From assembly GCA_030704615.1 (NCBI GenBank), contig CM060731.1:17546001-17610000 (forward strand): a DNA stretch of 64,000 nt, in the 5' to 3' direction. Within the stretch, counting starts at the first letter, position 1. Each line of letters opens with the position of its first letter. Source of the stretch: Takakia lepidozioides (Eukaryota; Plantae; Bryophyta). Shown here one piece after another: positions 48,515-58,939 of this stretch. Under the pieces are notes generated by a model that saw nothing but the letters and a program-made list of their open reading frames with translations, did no database searches and was not told the origin of the DNA. The position numbers and the translations under genes were made by a program.

Positions 48515-48702
48515 TGTGTGGACTAGTGACTGCCATAGTGGGCAGCGTAGTGGCAGCCTAGTGACTGACTAGTTGTAGCCTAGTGGTTGGACTAGTGGCT
48601 GGACTAGTGGTAGACTAGTGGTATACTAGTGTGTGGTGTGCACATGTGTTGTGTGGTTTTGGACAGCGATGTAGTTGTGTAGCGATATGTATGCGCACGA
48701 CA
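48515..48702 (+). repeat. Repeat B1 (188 bp)
   Basis: TGTGTGGACTAGT...GCGCACGACA; appears identical to 49033-49220. Confidence 0.95.
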
Positions 48703-48704
48703 GC

Positions 48705-49031
48705 TGTCAAGTTATTTTACCACTAGTGTGAAACTAGCTAGGAAATAGCTAGCTTTTACATATTGACATTTGGGATTGGCCCAAGTGTCAATCCAGGGGT
48801 CAAAGCAGATTTAGGCCCTGGAGTGGTTATCTTCACGGCAAGGGCGGGAGGCTCATCTTTCTCGAGTTGAGCCTCACCGCGCCTAGCTATGGCGCCGTAG
48901 TGTGGATTCCCCATGGCGTGGGGTGCACTTGGCTTGACTTGTATTTGAGTGATGAGGTTATATATGCATGAGTTTATGCTTCAGCTTTGTGAGCTCGCAT
49001 GAGCTTGTGCTTGTATTCTTCTTCTTTATCA
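48705..49031 (+). repeat. Repeat A2 (327 bp)
   Basis: Copy of A1, separated from B1 by GC and from B2 by T. Confidence 0.95.
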
Positions 49032-49032
49032 T

Positions 49033-49220
49033 TGTGTGGACTAGTGACTGCCATAGTGGGCAGCGTAGTGGCAGCCTAGTGACTGACTAGTTGTAGCCTA
49101 GTGGTTGGACTAGTGGCTGGACTAGTGGTAGACTAGTGGTATACTAGTGTGTGGTGTGCACATGTGTTGTGTGGTTTTGGACAGCGATGTAGTTGTGTAG
49201 CGATATGTATGCGCACGACA
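49033..49220 (+). repeat. Repeat B2 (188 bp), right terminus of the element
   Basis: Copy of B1, followed by the TSD AAGC. Confidence 0.95.
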
Positions 49221-51372
49221 AAGCTGACACGGCAATCACATCCACATTACAAGACATGACTAAGAGTGTGTTAGCCACATGCTCTACCCTCCCTGACCTC
49301 CCCCAAACGATGCGATCAACACAAAACGGAGGATATCTCACCAGAACTCAGAAACGAGAATGGACAGCATATCTCAACATATACCACACCATACGCCGCA
49401 CGCTTGCAGTTATACCTCCCCCCCCCCCCCCGGCCCCCTTATTCAATAACTGGAGGACGGACCCACGCATCACATGCTTAAACACCCTACCTAAATGTCA
49501 ACCAATTATGCCCCCACCTGCGGACGCCCCCACCTGCGGACGCCCCCTCTCTCCCTCAATGGATCGCCTCCCTCTCTAAGCTCGGACGGGAAGCAAAAAG
49601 AGTTGCTTATCTTATCACCAAACAAAAAGCCTCCACCAACCACAAAAAAATTATCGCCTCATTTGGCCAACTACTACATGACCACCCGAAAACGCCCACA
49701 AAGCCATCTTCAACCCTGCCATTAACCCGCCTATCGATTGCCTCAAACACAGACTGGGGCACCTACTAACCAAACCTGCAGACATCAACAAAGAAATCTA
49801 GCACCAAGCCTCTTCTTCCTACACACCTAATGTAGACAGCTGTCTACATCCTAGGCATCACACACCCAACTGCATATGCAAAGTCAAACATTACCCATGG
49901 CATGATCTCGACGGCTATTCTCTGGACAAACGAGGGTCCCCCACGGACCGCATCCTTGACCTCTTCACAATTGGCCTATATGACTCGTGCATAAAAGCTC
50001 TACCCAAAGCAAAAGCCCCCGGCCCAGACCTCATCCATAATGCCATCCTACAGTCGCTTGACCCCCAATTTCATGCTCTGCTCTTCAAATTCTTCCGACT
50101 CTGCTACCAACTTCATCGTATCCCACATGCATGGAAACATAGCCGAACCATTCTACTATTCAAAAAAGGCGACCCCACCGACCTCGGTAATTACAGACCC
50201 ATTGCCCTCGCTAACACTATCTACAAACTATTCACTAGCACCCTCACCACGATGCTATCTTCCTATGGCGAACAACACCGTATTTTAAGCGACCCCCAGA
50301 AGGCTTCCGCGGAACGCGTAGCACTACCAGGCAAATCCAATATGTCTTATCTGCCCTTGAAGACGCCAAACTCACTAAACAAGATATCTACCTCCTCTAC
50401 ATTGACTTTAAGAACGCCTTTGGCTCCATGGACCACCCACGTCTCCTCGCCATCATGACGGACCTAGGCTACCCGCTAGATGCCATCCAACTCATTGGGA
50501 ACATCTACACCAACAGCAGCACCGAATACACTGGCTCATACTATGGCACCACCCCCCCTATCCCCATCCTTCGCGGTACCATCCAAGGAGACACTCTGAG
50601 CCCCTACCTATTCATCATCTTTCTAGAACCTCTCTTACGCTGGTTTGCCCGTGGTAACTTGGGCTACCACTATAAAACCTCCCTTACTGAAATCTCAGCG
50701 GCAGCATATGCTGACGACCTCGCTATCCTAGCACATCAGCCTCAGCACCTCAACCGACAGGCTGACAAATTATATCGCTTTAATCAATGGTCAGGTATGG
50801 AACTAAGCCTAAACAAATGTGCGGTCACCGCCGCCACCCACGGCAGTAAACTCAAATAATCCACGATAGCTTCCCATTGCATGCTCCACCTGCACTATCA
50901 ACAAAAATCTTTCCCCTTCTTAGGTCCGGATGAACCCTACACTTATCTAGGCATACAATTGGTTCCATCCCTAAGTTGGCATATACAAAAGAGCACCACC
51001 CTTTCCAAACTAACCAACAAGAGTTTAGCTCTACTCAACGCCCCAATCTCCATTCGCCCTAAACTAACTATCATCCAAAGAGTTCTCAACCCTCAAATCC
51101 AATACGCATTTCACGCAGCCTCCTTCTCTATACCAGATGTCAAACTACTCGACTCCAAAATTATCCAACTCACCAAACGTATTTGTGGCCTACCCACCAG
51201 CACCCCTAATGTTCTTACCCAACTCCCACAGGACAGTTTTGGGATTGGCACTAGCCCCTTGATCATCTCTTATGCCCGCACCCTCGGCTCACAACTTATA
51301 GAGGCTCTTAACGACCCCGGCCGCCTCGGACTAATCTTCCGAGGTCTCCTTAAACACTTTGCACATAAATAT

Positions 51373-52980
51373 AATGTTGAAGTACATTTGTCTGTTGTGA
51401 TCTTGATCGGAGTCGCATAAAGTGCAAATGCCGCATCCTTTTTGGTAACTCTCATTAAAGCTCTAGTCCAAAGAACAGGGGTTGAAAACCTTGATATTTC
51501 TATATTTTTGTCTTGCAGAAATTTTTCCCGATCGCCAATCGATGTCAGGATTGTGAAGTACGAACCAGGAAAGTCCAAGGATCACATGATTCGTTGGAGA
51601 CTGGATAACGTTGAAAACAATATGTGATGCTTGATCTTTAAGCTTCACTTCAAGTGGTTGAGTTTCATGGTCCACATTTCATGATGCTAACGGTCGTCCA
51701 TCGATGACTTCAACGGGGGCCGAGAGTTTCTTCTTTACGAGCGTTAAATTGTATTGCATCGCAAAGTTTTTGTCCATAAAACAAGCTGAAGCCCCTGAGT
51801 CCAAAAGTGCTTCTATAGAGATATCTCGATTTTGCACTCTGATTTTTACCGAAACTGTGAAGCAAGGTGCAGGGTCTGGAGGTAGAAATAGACATTTTTT
51901 CGGTGAGGAATTTGTGGTGTCCAGCTGCATGGTCCCTACTGTGACTGGACATCTTCATTTTCCGACCTCATCGTATCGAACACTTGAGTTGCGCCCCGAG
52001 CTTTTAATCTTCTCTTGTTGGGATAGTTTAATGTTATGCAATCTTCATCTCCGCAATAGAGGCATAATCCATTCGAGCGTCGTTTTTGTTTTTCTTGTGG
52101 CGTCAATGGCTTGAATCGGACAGCATCAATCTGCATAGGATTACTACCGGATGTCTGATGGATCGTTGTGCTTGGTGCCGTAGTAGCAGCGGCATGATGC
52201 GTCGTCGATCATCCCGATCGCTTCTCTCGACGTCTTTCGAACAAACGATTATCGCATGCAATGACTTGGGTGATGAATTCACTCAGTGTGCTCACGTTTG
52301 GCATTGTCAGCAACAAATCTTTTACATCCTCTTTAAGCCCACATCGAAACTGACTAATGAGGCTCTTCTCATTCCAGTCGAGGTCGCACGCAAGTTGTCG
52401 AAATTCGGTAGCATAAACGGAAGCATGACGTGCTCCTTGTCGAAGATTTCGCATCTTTGTCTCTGTAATTCTTTCTATATCATTCTCTCCAAACGTTGCA
52501 GTGAACTCGGACATGAATGCTTCACAATTTTATAATAAACGTGAATTTTTTTCTAATAGCGGTGCAAACCAAGATAGGGCAGTGCCTGATAGAAGGGTGC
52601 CCACGAATCCCACTTAAATACCTTCATCGGGGTAGCGTTGTGGATGTAGTCGTAGGAACAGTCGTACTTGTTGAACAAAACCGCGAAATCTTAATCTCGT
52701 CCCATAAAATTTCTCGGGCATGCTGACCGTTGGTTCTCCCGTAATCTGTTGAAGAGGAACCGTTGCAGTAGGAGCTCTTGCCGTAGGGACTCGTATGGTT
52801 GAAGATCCATTGTTCGACTCCTTTAACTCTTAAATTTGGTGGAGAGCGTTGCCAAGATCTTGAGACTGATCAGCTTGCAATTGGGCGGTAGAGGTACGAA
52901 GTTCTTGCATCTGGAGCTGAAGACTTTGCAATGTGGCGACCATTTCCGCAAATGTGCCTTCCATCTTAACTATCTAAGGA
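51373..52980 (-). mobile_element. Tcn1/chromovirus-like Gypsy gag-protease remnant (RT/RH/INT deleted)
   Basis: LRQGARHASVYATEFRQLACDLDWNE..FRCGL, PMQID, degenerate CLYCG knuckle, ALLDSGASACFMD, VILGLSWFVLHNPDIDW. Confidence 0.85.
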
Positions 52981-53002
52981 ACAAATTTCAGTCTCGTCAA
53001 AC

Positions 53003-53642
53003 TGTCAAGGACGAGAACATGACTGAACACAAACAAGATATCAGACTATAGGTACAAGACTAGACAAGAAGTCAAGATCAGCGTGGCCGAATGCATGGTG
53101 GGTAAACATGAATCAAGATGATCTTTAAAACAATGGACAAGAGTACAAGGTACTGGAACTTGACTCGAATACATGAATGCTGGAAACTGGACTGGGGTAT
53201 CAGATACTAGAAACTGGACTAGAGTACTGGAAGCTGGACTGGAATACTAGGACTGGGAACAAGAGTAGCTTGAACTTGTGTTGGCGAGACTGAAGAGTGT
53301 CCAGTCTCGCCTCCTATATATACTGGCTACTAAGAAGTTCCCTAAGAAGCTTCCCCTATGGAGGTTTCTTGATGGAGAAGTTTCCAAGATTAAACAAAGG
53401 TTTCTTGATGGAGAAGCTTCCTTAAACGAAAGAGGTATCTTGATGGAGAAGTTTCCTCCAAATGAAGCTTCCTGAGCAGTTTCCCAAGTTATTCTTGGTA
53501 ATTTGGTAAACTCTCGGTAACTTGGTAAGTAATGGTAAATCATGGTGGATCACGGTAAATCATGGTAACTTCCGGTAACATGATAACTTGGTAACTTTTG
53601 GTATTTACCCCTGATAAGTTTCTCTGGGCTATATCTGTGACA
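53003..53642 (-). repeat. 5' LTR (640 bp) of the Tcn1-like Gypsy
   Basis: TGTCA...TGACA ends and a TATATATA box. The adjacent PBS (52985-53001) is complementary to the sequence just downstream of the TATA box. Confidence 0.85.
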
Positions 53643-55688
53643 CTTTTGGATCAAAGTGCTATCATTTTATAGCCACTGGAAAGTATGCAATGTTGCATCA
53701 ACATCAATTATTCTTTTGAACTCTGCCAATGACAACAGCTGGTCTGACTGCCCTGTTTGGGCAACACTAAAGGCGCACACATTGTGGCCTATCTAGAAAG
53801 CCAGATTCGGTCTTGTTTTTTATGCTTATAAGTTGTTTAGTGTGAGATCGGTTCTTTGCAAGATCTACTCAGACCTGTTGTCTGAGGCCAGGAAGGCATG
53901 GTTGTTGCTATGTGAAGTTGTTCGCAGGTGCAACTCTCGAAGGGAACAACAACTGCTCTTTCAATTTGACTCCACTTGGGCCAGTGGAAACGTTATCTGC
54001 TCCATATCCTAGGACACTCTTGTTCAATGGGTTGACTCCATCCCGACAAGCTGGGAGCTCAGCTAATGCTTTGCACTATCCGGCAAATGAGGAGGAATCC
54101 GATGCGAATTGGAGGCATCGTCGTCCTCTGTAAGGAAGACAAGGTCGAGGACTCAACTCTCCTCAGAGACCCAGAAGCGGAAAAGATGAAGTTTTTAAGT
54201 TGTATGGTTTGTGATTTGATTTCTAAGACAAGGCGAAGCTTTCAAGTTGTGTAGGATGTCATCTGCTTTCTGATCCATCGTAGTTAAGCATGCTTAGCTT
54301 CCTCCACCAGAATAGTTAAGCCTGCTCAGCCAGGCTTTCTTTGGCTGTTGTTTTATGGTCATTCACTCAACTCTTTACTGCTCCTCCTTTAGCAGTTAGC
54401 TGCTTCCCAGGGTTTTCTTTGGATGATGTTTTATATTTCTTCACTCAGCTCTCTGCTGCTTCTGCCTTAGTAGTTAGCTGCCTCTACATGATTGGTTCCG
54501 ATTACATTGACATCCTGGGTCAGCCTCTATGACACCCTCTATGGAGGTTATTTTGTCCTCCTTGTTCTCCTTTTGCCACTTAATAAAATCCCAGGGCCTC
54601 TATTCCCTGTTATAAAAATTAAAAAAAAAAATGAAATTTTCATTGAACAAAAAACAATACAAACATATGCGTGCGAAAATATCTTTCTACAAATCCCAAT
54701 CTATTTGCAAGAGCTCCATATAACTTCCAAAGGCCCCTGCATGGACTTGACAATGTCATCATATTCATCCTCATCACTACTTAATCATCATGATCTCTCC
54801 ATCTACCTCGTCCACCACATTCAGATAAGGGATATCCTCATTTTCAATATGCAGATTTGCAAGACATCTATACATAGTTTCCTCTACACCAAGGTCAAGA
54901 TAGATATGAGGTACATCCTGAGTGACTTTAGCATTCCCGTCCACCAAATCATCATTCGGCAGTCGAAACTAATGAGGCGGGGCCGGCTTGGTGCAAGCTT
55001 GGAGGAGAATCAAGATGGGCCTATTGGCAAGGGACAAGGGGCCCATGGGCATTGGGTTTTTATTTTTTATTTGTATTCTTAAGAAAATCAATTTTTTCTC
55101 TTTTCATGTGCAATTCAAAAAACTCATAGCATGAGGATGCCTAATGTGAAGATATGGTTTGAGAAACGTGCATAAGCAGCCTGTTTGTTTTTTTAAAATA
55201 ATTATTAGGCATAAAAATGCCTAAATGATTGGGCAAGGACGATAAAATTCTTGAAATTTGACCGGATAAATTGTGGCCACCTACCCCCTACACCCGCATG
55301 CCAAAATTTGGGCGAATCGGACCACATCTGCAAAAACGCCATGTGGGGCCGAGGGTTGGGTAGCACATCTGCAAGCTCACGCCTCTCACGGGAGTAGAAG
55401 AGGATATGCCGCATATTCCAAGAATATTCTTGGAAAATATTTTAGCGAAACTAAAACGTGCTCATGCCAAACGAAATGCAAAACATTTGGAAATTTTTGC
55501 TCACGTGAGCACAAGCCACACGAAGTTGGGGCATAGAGAATTTCCTGTCAGTGCCCATCTCCATCAACAACTTTTGTTGATTAATAGTTGCATATTTAAT
55601 CATGTGATGTTGACGCTCGTAGCAATCACTAATATGCGAAAGGAGACACAATTCATTTTGTTCCGCCCACGAAAGCATGAGTAATGAC

Positions 55689-56004
55689 CAGTGTTGGGCG
55701 GTTCTTTAAAAAAATTGATAACCTGCGGTTCCAGTTATATACTTAATTTATTTTTTAATAACGTACGGTTCCGGTTAATTGAAATTTTACAAATTCTAAT
55801 AACATTCCAGTTATCAACAATGGATTTTTTTCACCCCTTGTCGGTTATCAATAATCCGGTTACTTCTTGGATGATAACTGGCGGTTATATATACCGGTTC
55901 TCAATTGCCGATAACTAGGATAAAAACCATTGATGCATTTAATTTAGTAATTATTATATATAAGATGATAATTTAATTATTTTAACAGACCGCCTGGAAA
56001 CACT
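55689..56004. mobile_element. Possible MITE
   Basis: Loose inverted termini AGTGTT..GGCGGT / ACCGCC..AACACT with internal CGGTT motifs; no TSD confirmed. Confidence 0.35.
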
Positions 56005-56080
56005 TTTAAGGGCCTGCTGTGGGCCCATGTCCTGCATGGCCCGCATTTAAGGCCTGCATGCATGCACCTCCCCCTCCTTG

Positions 56081-58548
56081 CACTACAAGAAAAGGGGGGG
56101 GGGGGGGGGGGACGGCCACGCAGCCGCGGCGTCGGTAAACCCCCCGTTTCGGGCATGGGCGCGACGCCGATTTTGCGACGTTTGGGCGTCGCAGGCCCAT
56201 CGCCAAAAAAACGTCGCAAATATGCGACGTATGGGGGTCGTGAGCCCCGGGCCCCCTCCCGCAATGCCCGGACGTCGCTTTTCGAGAGGTCCATGGCGAT
56301 GGCAGGGGCCTCCTGCTAGCGACGCTCGGCTGTCGTTGCCCTCAAGCCGACATCATTGGAGGGGGCGACGGCTCGGCATCGCACCAAAATTTTTTTCTAA
56401 ATTGCCCGGGCGTCGCATCCTAAAAACACAAAACACGTGGCGTACGCCGGGCGGTAGGATAAGCGACACCGCTGCATCGCGACTAGCGACTCCTGGGCGT
56501 GGCAAAGAAAAAACACCCGTCGCCGCTGGAGTCGGGCGTTGCGACGCTTGATACCCCACTCCCTAAAGTGAATGTAAATAACATATGAATAATTGGGTCT
56601 TTAAGTTTCATGTATACACCCATATACCCTGCAAACCTAATAACCGCCCAACACTGATAATCACCTACTGCAATAAACACGTAATAATTTGTTAGCGAAA
56701 TAAAACAACCTCACGTTGTCTCTTATATACAACACCAAACACACACTCATTTTGTTTTGCCCACAAAACCATTGGATAATGACTTACGCAACGATACCTT
56801 GAAATTTTTCTTGCGAAACTCGATACGTTGATTTATTTCTTTGGCGAAACCCATTGTTTGCCTCATTATATTAAATGGTTCAATTATTGTTTGATATTTG
56901 TGTGTTTTGGATGGTGTTGGTTGTTGTGACTTTGTTTTTCCTCAATGTGTTATTCTTTTGTAGGATACCAAAGCTGTAAATATTTGGAACTTGGAGCCTG
57001 TAGTTATACATTAGGGGTGCATATTTCGCTTTAGGGTTTAAGGTTTAGGGACAGAAATAGGGACAAAAAGATGCACAAAAACCCTTTTTTCGTGTGTAGG
57101 AACAATATTTGTGTGTATACTACTTCTGTGGAAACATGGGTACCCTAATGCTGTATTTTGTGCTCACGACTCCATTTTCCTGTACTCACGTGAGTTATGC
57201 GCACAGAGCAACCATTTCAATTTGACATGAGTGAAGGCGATTCTGATGAGAACGACATGAGTGAAGACGATTTTGATGAGAATGACATGGATTCAGATCT
57301 AGATCCAAGACAGATGGAGGGAGCATTTGTGGATCCCCAACATCAAAAACTGATGGAAGAATCAAAAATCAAATTATACAGTGGCAGTAAGCACAGTCGT
57401 CTTTATGCAACGTTAATGATCTTGAACGCATGCGCAACACATGGTTGCTCCAACTCATTTGTTGATGAGCTCTTGTCTCTACTGAAGAACTCCATTTTAC
57501 CTCATGGGAACACCCTACCAGTCTCGCATTATGAGGCCAAGAAATTGATTTCCCGATTGGGATTGGCGTACTCGACCATCCATGCTTGTGAGAAAGGTTG
57601 TGTACTGTTTAGAGGGGCGCTTAAGGATTCACTTACCTGTCCTAAATGTAACAGCTCCAGGTATTTTGTGGGTCGTGGCAACGTTCCAAAGAAGGTGTTA
57701 CGTCATTTCCCCCACATACCGCGATTACAAAGGTTGTACAGATGCAAGAGTATTGCCGAGCTACTGACATGGCATCATAAGAACACCAGTGTTGATGGTC
57801 TGGTTCGGCATCCCGCAGACTCAAAGGCCTGGAGTCACATTGACAGTATGTGGCCAGACAGCTGAACCTCGCAATGTACGCCTAGGCCTTGCTTTGGATG
57901 GTGTGAATCCATTCGGCCAACGATCGACAACATGGTCAACATGGCCAGTTCTATTGTTTAATTACAATTTGCCGCCATGGTTGACAACAAAAAAATTCTT
58001 CACCATGATGGCATTGTTGATACCAGACAAAGAATTCTCGAATCAGTAACAAGTGCAAACATAGATGTGTACATGGCGCCATTGGTGGACGAGCTGCAAA
58101 TTTTGTGGAGCACAGGCGTAATGGCACACGATGTGTCTAGGCCCCGATTTCAGAGAGATTTTCAGCTATGGGCTACGTTGATGTGGAGCATTCACGACTT
58201 CCCTGCGTATGGTTGTTGGCTGGCCAAGTGACGAAAGGGTACGTAGGATGTCCCAAATGCGGCCCAAATGTGGACTCGCATTATTTGCATCATAGCCAAA
58301 AATATATATTTGCAGGTCACCGCAGGTACCTTCCCTGCAACCATGCATATAGAAGGTCAAAAAGCTTCAATGGTTTCACGAAACAGAGGTCAGCTCCCCC
58401 CACTGTGACAGCAGCTGATATCGAAAGGTTTGCCATACAGTATGCAAAATGGGTTGATGTAGGCAATGGGAGAGCCATAGGCCGAACATCCACAGTACCA
58501 GATCCTTCCAAAGCTAATGGGGTGAAACGACGGACGTGTCTATTCGAC
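56081..58548 (+). mobile_element. CACTA transposon: left end plus degenerate Tnp2 transposase
   Basis: CACTACAAGAAA terminus and GCGACG subterminal repeats. 57197-58548 reads HACEKGCVLF, CPKC, RHPADSKAW, LALDGVNPF, NYNLPPW, HDFPAYG, HRRYLP..H, GVKRR, with frameshifts. Confidence 0.92.
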
Positions 58549-58939
58549 GAGCGTAGCTACGGCGTGAGCCCAGCCCCGTGAGCCTGGGAGCTGAGCTCAC
58601 GTTCAAGCTACAAAGCGTGAGCGGCACGAATCTGCTGGAGAAGAAGGTCCTATAGGCGAGGATTGCAGGAAGAGGGCCTATTACCGTGGACAAAACAAAG
58701 GGGGCCAACACACACCATGTGTGCAATGCCCGCTCAAAAACAGAAATATGAAAACATGGCAGATTTGAGCTCAGAATGATTGTCACAGTTTATTTCAATT
58801 CACAGATAGACGCTTACAATGAATTGCATGTGCATTTGCCTTGGTTCCGTAAACAAAATCCATATGTTTGTCAGAAATGCAAAGTCTTCACACGGCAACC
58901 TGCAAACCAGCATGGGCAGCGGGCATGGCTCGTATGTGT

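Larger units (their letters stand above)
36566..49220 (+). mobile_element. Ty3/Gypsy retrotransposon with C5-DNA methyltransferase, PHD finger and split direct repeats
   Basis: TGTC...GACA termini, AAGC TSD (36562-36565, 49221-49224), domain order gag-PR-DNMT-RT-RH-INT-PHD, repeat order A1/B1/A2/B2. Confidence 0.93.
30480..51372 (+). mobile_element. Second non-LTR retrotransposon (APE + RT; RT resembles Dualen/RandI type), 3'-truncated and split by the DNMT-Gypsy
   Basis: APE motifs SWNVGS, LLQETK, LAGDFN, LDGF, SDHYP (35590-36350). The frame rejoins across the Gypsy (WNE|ADTAIT). RT motifs KAPGPD, GNYRPIAL, IDFKNAFGSMDH, RGTIQGDTLSPYLF..EPLLRW, YADD (50000-50860). The 5' boundary and the clade call are uncertain. 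Confidence 0.75.
23845..54631 (+). mobile_element. L1-type LINE, outermost element of the nest, split into four pieces
   Basis: APE endonuclease (SWNVRG, FQEHK, NIYAPN, RLDRFY; GDFN deleted) from 23845. RT (KSPGLDG, NYRPITLLN, EKAFD, RQGCPLSP, YADD) to ~26270. Resumes at 27652 (ANQVLL..GGLGL), at 29799 (zf-RVT, WKKIW..EHCLCNCP) and at ~53643 (WIKV..TLWPI*KAR). A-rich tail at 54613-54631. Confidence 0.85.

Noticed and set aside
36566-49220. DIRS/Ngaro/PAT tyrosine-recombinase element as the explanation for the split repeats
   Set aside because: No tyrosine recombinase ORF seen. It has an aspartic protease, an HHCC-rve integrase, TG..CA ends and a TSD, and its MTase is C5-type rather than the adenine type of DIRS.
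57029-57050. TTTAGGG telomere-like repeats
   Set aside because: Only about three degenerate units inside a CACTA element.
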